From Oligoflexales bacterium (GTDB taxonomy: Bacteria > Bdellovibrionota_B > Oligoflexia > Oligoflexales > RGVZ01): a stretch of DNA of 40,152 nt. Position numbers and translations under genes: made by a program. The DNA is taken from the NCBI GenBank assembly GCA_044236265.1, contig JBIIGV010000012.1, forward strand, positions 1 through 40,152. The letters are read 5' to 3'. Below, one piece after another: positions 36,884 through 40,152 of this stretch (the first letter of the stretch is position 1; every line of letters starts with the position of its first letter). A model generated the notes under the pieces. It made no database searches. It was not told the DNA's origin and saw only the letters and a list, made by a program, of their open reading frames with translations.

Positions 36884-36918
36884 AAAAATGATACTTAATA
36901 TAATTATGTATCATTTTT
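36884..36918. repeat. AT-rich near-perfect palindrome (possible protein-binding site)
   Basis: AAAAATGATAC-T-TAAT-ata-ATTA-T-GTATCATTTTT. Confidence 0.7.
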
Positions 36919-37043
36919 AACGAAATGAATTTAAGCACTCCTCCCATGACTTGTTGATGATTCTTTGGGTAGTCGGCGAGCCATAGCATCCTTGGTGGGG
37001 ATGGGTGCAACAACATACACGTTTTATTACTTGGGGGATTGGT

Positions 37044-37610
37044 ATGCTTAGGTGGACTTTTCTGGCGATTACAGCAATGGGAGTTCTCTCGTGTGGACAG
37101 CTCAAGACGTTAGATGACAAAAGTAGGGGCGATGGATTTTCAGTAAGACAGCCCGCGATGGCGCTAAGTACATTGCAACCAGAGATGCGCGCGGACGCGA
37201 CATTGGTAGATGACCAGTTTGAATGCCTGCTGGGTAAAAGGTCCTGGTTCGGTTCGCTAAATGTCGAATTTCGTGTTACCGGGCAATTTGACTCTAATGA
37301 TCAGTTAGCTCGACTAAAACTAGGTCGTAGTCGTGGTGGAGTACTGCGCTATGATGTTATCACGCAATCGATGTCGTCCCGTGGTCCATCCAATCTTTTT
37401 GCCTTCAAAGCTGCTCGCGAGGATGGAGCTGCATATTATCAGCTACAGGTGGCGGTCAAAAACAAACCTCACTCGGGGTCGACGGAAGATTTTGCCGTGA
37501 CAGATCCCGCAACTGACCGATTCTTTATGGCTGACTATTCATGGTCTGATTTACACGGCAATTCTTCTAGTGGCGTCGGTGTATGCTATTGCCCAGCATG
37601 TCTGAAATAG
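37044..37610 (+). CDS. Hypothetical lipoprotein
   Basis: MLRWTFLAITAMGVLSC lipobox from ATG 37044 and C-terminal CYCPAC. Confidence 0.75.
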   Translation: MLRWTFLAITAMGVLSCGQLKTLDDKSRGDGFSVRQPAMALSTLQPEMRADATLVDDQFECLLGKRSWFGSLNVEFRVTGQFDSNDQLARLKLGRSRGGVLRYDVITQSMSSRGPSNLFAFKAAREDGAAYYQLQVAVKNKPHSGSTEDFAVTDPATDRFFMADYSWSDLHGNSSSGVGVCYCPACLK

Positions 37611-37625
37611 TATTTCGTGAATTCA

Positions 37626-37697
37626 GGGACACATAACTGAATGACTATTGATTAATCTGTGAATTCAATGGGCAATCAGTTATGTGTCCCCGATATC
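37626..37697. repeat. REP/REPIN-like inverted repeat pair
   Basis: GGGACACATAACTGA (37626-37640) and TCAGTTATGTGTCCC (37676-37690) are a perfect 15-bp inverted repeat, extending imperfectly to 26 bp. The right arm recurs at 39058-39092. Confidence 0.85.
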
Positions 37698-37829
37698 CCG
37701 CGGATGGCGGGATGCGAAAGACTTAACTAGCTAATTTTAATGTCAATTTGACTATATTATCGGCTAAGCATACAATAATTTCTCAGTATTTTTTTGTTGT
37801 TTTTGAACCACTACCAAAGAGGTGTAGGA

Positions 37830-38942
37830 ATGAGAGATTCAGGAAAATTTACCAAGATTGCCGTGAGTGGAGTTGCGTTGGGTTTATTAGCTCTCTATGC
37901 GTGTGGCAAGAAAGACAAAGGAAACGGCGGGAGCATTGGCGCTCCGCAAGCCTACCCACCGACGGCACTCGTGACTCCAAGCTCCTTGGTGACATCATCG
38001 GGTACAAAATCATTCCTCACAAGAAATGTGGCAGCGACTCTAAATGCAGTGGCAAAAACCTCAGGTTTGAATGCGACGACGGCGTTGCCAGAGCCATCTG
38101 ACAAAACAGCAGTCATGAATGAAGTCAAAAATCGCCTTTTTTCGGAAGGTCCAACCAACATGCTGAAGTTGGTTAAGAATGTCGACAACCGCATGAAAGA
38201 ATACGATTCACGCGTCTCCGGCATGGAAACAGCGCCAAGCTGCTTGAGCTCTACTCCTGTGGACGTTTCGAGTGCATTCTCCGTTCCTGCAGCAACAGGA
38301 ACTACAACTTTTCCATTGTTTGGCCAGTGCCAAGAAACAATGAGTCCTGGACTGACCTTGATGTTCGGCAAAAAAGACAATGATTGGTATCTCGTAGACG
38401 GCGCTAACAAAGATTTAGATGGCAGTGACAATTGCGTGATGACCATGGCTAAAATCAGCGGGACAAGTGACGCCGACCGCATAGTGGATGCATACATGGC
38501 GGTTGTCTATAAAGGCCTAACAAATAACTTCACAGGCTCTTCAGCTCTGATGCACTTCAAAGCTAACGTAGCCGCGGGGACACTCGAGCTAACGGCTGGT
38601 GGGGTAAACATCGGTGGTGAGCAAATTCATGCTAAGACCAACGCCACACATGTTTACGTGCGCATTCAGTCAGGTATGGGCTCACAAAAAGGCACTTTAT
38701 CCCACGCATGTTTCAGCGCGACGGATTTGTCCAATGTTGCAATAGCAGATTGTAGCGCACTGGAAAGCTCGCTTGAGCTCGTCTCACTTGGGGCTAAAGC
38801 GAACGGTCAAGTTTCTGGTGGCGGATCTACTTATAACATCCCAGGTTCTGATGCCAATAACGTAGATCTTACGACGGTGGTGCCAAACTTCTGCGGTAAG
38901 CTTTCAACAGCATTCACTGGCATCCCAGCTTTTGGTGGCTGA
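37830..38942 (+). CDS. Hypothetical lipoprotein (S/T/A-rich, several Cys)
   Basis: ATG 37830 after GAGGT, lipobox LYAC-GKK, followed by a strong terminator. Confidence 0.85.
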   Translation: MRDSGKFTKIAVSGVALGLLALYACGKKDKGNGGSIGAPQAYPPTALVTPSSLVTSSGTKSFLTRNVAATLNAVAKTSGLNATTALPEPSDKTAVMNEVKNRLFSEGPTNMLKLVKNVDNRMKEYDSRVSGMETAPSCLSSTPVDVSSAFSVPAATGTTTFPLFGQCQETMSPGLTLMFGKKDNDWYLVDGANKDLDGSDNCVMTMAKISGTSDADRIVDAYMAVVYKGLTNNFTGSSALMHFKANVAAGTLELTAGGVNIGGEQIHAKTNATHVYVRIQSGMGSQKGTLSHACFSATDLSNVAIADCSALESSLELVSLGAKANGQVSGGGSTYNIPGSDANNVDLTTVVPNFCGKLSTAFTGIPAFGG

Positions 38943-38992
38943 ATCGGGCTTATATTGAACGGCTCTCGTAACTGACAAGCGTTTCTAAGTGG

Positions 38993-39027
38993 AAAACCCC
39001 CGGTGCTGAGGCATCGGGGGTTTTTTT
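38993..39027 (+). terminator. Rho-independent (bidirectional-type) terminator
   Basis: AAAA-CCCCCGGTGC-tgag-GCATCGGGGG-TTTTTTT. Confidence 0.92.
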
Positions 39028-39049
39028 GGTGCCAATGCAATCCTTAGCT

Positions 39050-39092
39050 GGGGACTCATTCAATGGGCACTCAGTTTTGTGTCCCCGATATC
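39050..39092. repeat. Second, internally shortened copy of the REP-like element
   Basis: 39058-39092 matches 37663-37697 at 33/35 nt. A residual left arm GGGGAC (39050-39055) pairs with GTCCCC (39081-39086). Confidence 0.85.
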
Positions 39093-39295
39093 AATAGGTT
39101 GGCAATGCTTGCAGGAAGCCGCTCCGGCGCCGGAGTGGGCCTTTCAAGGCGGACATGGTTAAACTATTGTGTTGCTGATGCTTCTAGCGACATCATGGCC
39201 AACGCTGCGTCCATCCCCAGAAGATTTAAAACGTCATCTATGGAATGAGGACCGCGCTCCCCATCCTAGAACGATGGAACCCAGAATGCCCCCCC

Positions 39296-39411
39296 TTTGG
39301 ATTTATGGCAAGAAAAGTGCAATCTTGAGAGAAATTTAAGGGGTTCCACCCAGGGGTCGTAAAATTTTTATGAAAATCCAGAAATTCTCTTGAAGTTTAG
39401 GGGCCTAGGGG
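39296..39411 (+). repeat. 116-bp direct repeat, copy 2
   Basis: 101/116 identical to 36574-36689. Confidence 0.93.
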
Positions 39412-39418
39412 CTACAAC
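39390..39418 (+). promoter_or_regulatory. Putative sigma70 promoter of fusA
   Basis: TTGAAG-N17-TACAAC. The -10 lacks the usual final T. Confidence 0.4.
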
Positions 39419-39539
39419 CTCCGCCTATATTTTTTGAAACTGGCAGTCGTCCCCTACACCAAGGGCGGGGGCTCCAGTGGATGGCCTCGCCAAGGGCCAA
39501 GCGCGTAGAACCAACTTTTTTTCTTTTAAGGGCAGGCAT

Positions 39540-40152
39540 ATGGCAAAGAGATTAGACCTATACCGCAACATTGGGATTTCCGCCCACATCGACTCCGGAA
39601 AGACCACGCTGTCTGAGCGTATTCTTTTCTACACCGGTCGTATTCACAAGATCGAGGAAGTCCGCGGTGGTGGTGACGGCGCAACCATGGACCACATGGA
39701 ACTGGAAAAAGAGCGCGGTATTACGATTACGTCTGCAGCAACGACTGTTGCTTGGAAAGACATCACCGTAAACCTTATCGACACCCCAGGTCACGTTGAC
39801 TTCACCGTAGAAGTTGAGCGTTCTCTGCGCGTTCTCGACGGTGCTGTTATGGTTCTTTGCGGTGTATCCGGCGTTCAGTCTCAGTCGATCACAGTTGACC
39901 GCCAGATGAAGCGTTACAACGTGCCTTGCGTTGCATTCATTAACAAGCTTGACCGCCAAGGCGCAGATCCATACCGCGTGACTGGCGCTCTAAGAGAGAA
40001 ACTCGGTCACAACGCCGTTATGATTCAGATTCCAATTGGCGCTGAGTCGGACCTCAACGGCATTATCGACCTCGTCAAAATGAAGGCTTACTATTTTGAC
40101 GGCGCAAAAGGCGAAAACATGCGTGAAGAAGCCATCCCTGCGGACTACCAGG
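39540..40152 (+). CDS. fusA: Elongation factor G, spdEFG1/mtEFG1-type (5' part, truncated by window end)
   Basis: Not in the ORF track. Hand translation: [33 protein letters not shown]...[19 protein letters not shown]...[26 protein letters not shown]...FINKLDR. Confidence 0.97.
   Translation, partial: MAKRLDLYRNIGISAHIDSGKTTLSERILFYTGRIHKIEEVRGGGDGATMDHMELEKERGITITSAATTVAWKDITVNLIDTPGHVDFTVEVERSLRVLDGAVMVLCGVSGVQSQSITVDRQMKRYNVPCVAFINKLDRQGADPYRVTGALREKLGHNAVMIQIPIGAESDLNGIIDLVKMKAYYFDGAKGENMREEAIPADYQ

Noticed and set aside
36888..36914. Chromosomal dif site
   Set aside because: The spacer is 5 nt instead of 6, and the right arm TTATGTATCAT departs from TTATGTTAAAT. Kept only as a generic palindrome.
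37626..39092. 35-bp repeats as a CRISPR array or integron attC sites
   Set aside because: There are only two copies, 1.4 kb apart, with no spacer periodicity and no cas genes. They have no RYYYAAC/GTTRRRY boxes and there is no intI.
39425..39959. ORFs 39425-39607, 39558-39959 and 39571-39771
   Set aside because: Shadows of fusA, whose conserved GTPase motifs identify the real frame.

Overview
Chromosomal window with about 34 CDS. The host is probably an Oligoflexia/Bdellovibrionota-type (former deltaproteobacterial) bacterium; this is inferred from gene content and not proven. Housekeeping anchors are accA-aroA-cmk, ihfB, an FmdB zinc-ribbon gene and a stand-alone spdEFG1/mtEFG1-type fusA cut by the right edge. 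Most of the remainder is accessory envelope genes, and about 15 carry lipoprotein signal peptides. They include large adhesin-like proteins (Fn3/Ig/CHB_HEX_C repeats; GLUG beta-helix; 10x IPT/TIG plus FG-GAP), an osmY(BON)-ytjA pair under divergent sigma54-type promoters, two LysR modules (with a DUF2608/HAD gene and a Tat-exported intradiol dioxygenase), and a protease cluster (S8, C1A, M28) around a three-lipoprotein operon. The first gene of that operon ends in a Hedgehog/BIL-like Hint domain lacking the splicing His-Asn. Several surface genes share sigma28 (FliA)-type promoters. Near the right end, a 2.6-kb island of two lipoprotein genes, each followed by a 35-bp REP-like repeat, lies between two diverged 116-bp copies of a divergent promoter region; each copy seems to have kept only one of the two promoters. 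I found no rRNA, tRNA, CRISPR array, integrase or transposase. All family calls come from motif recognition by eye; no database searches were run.
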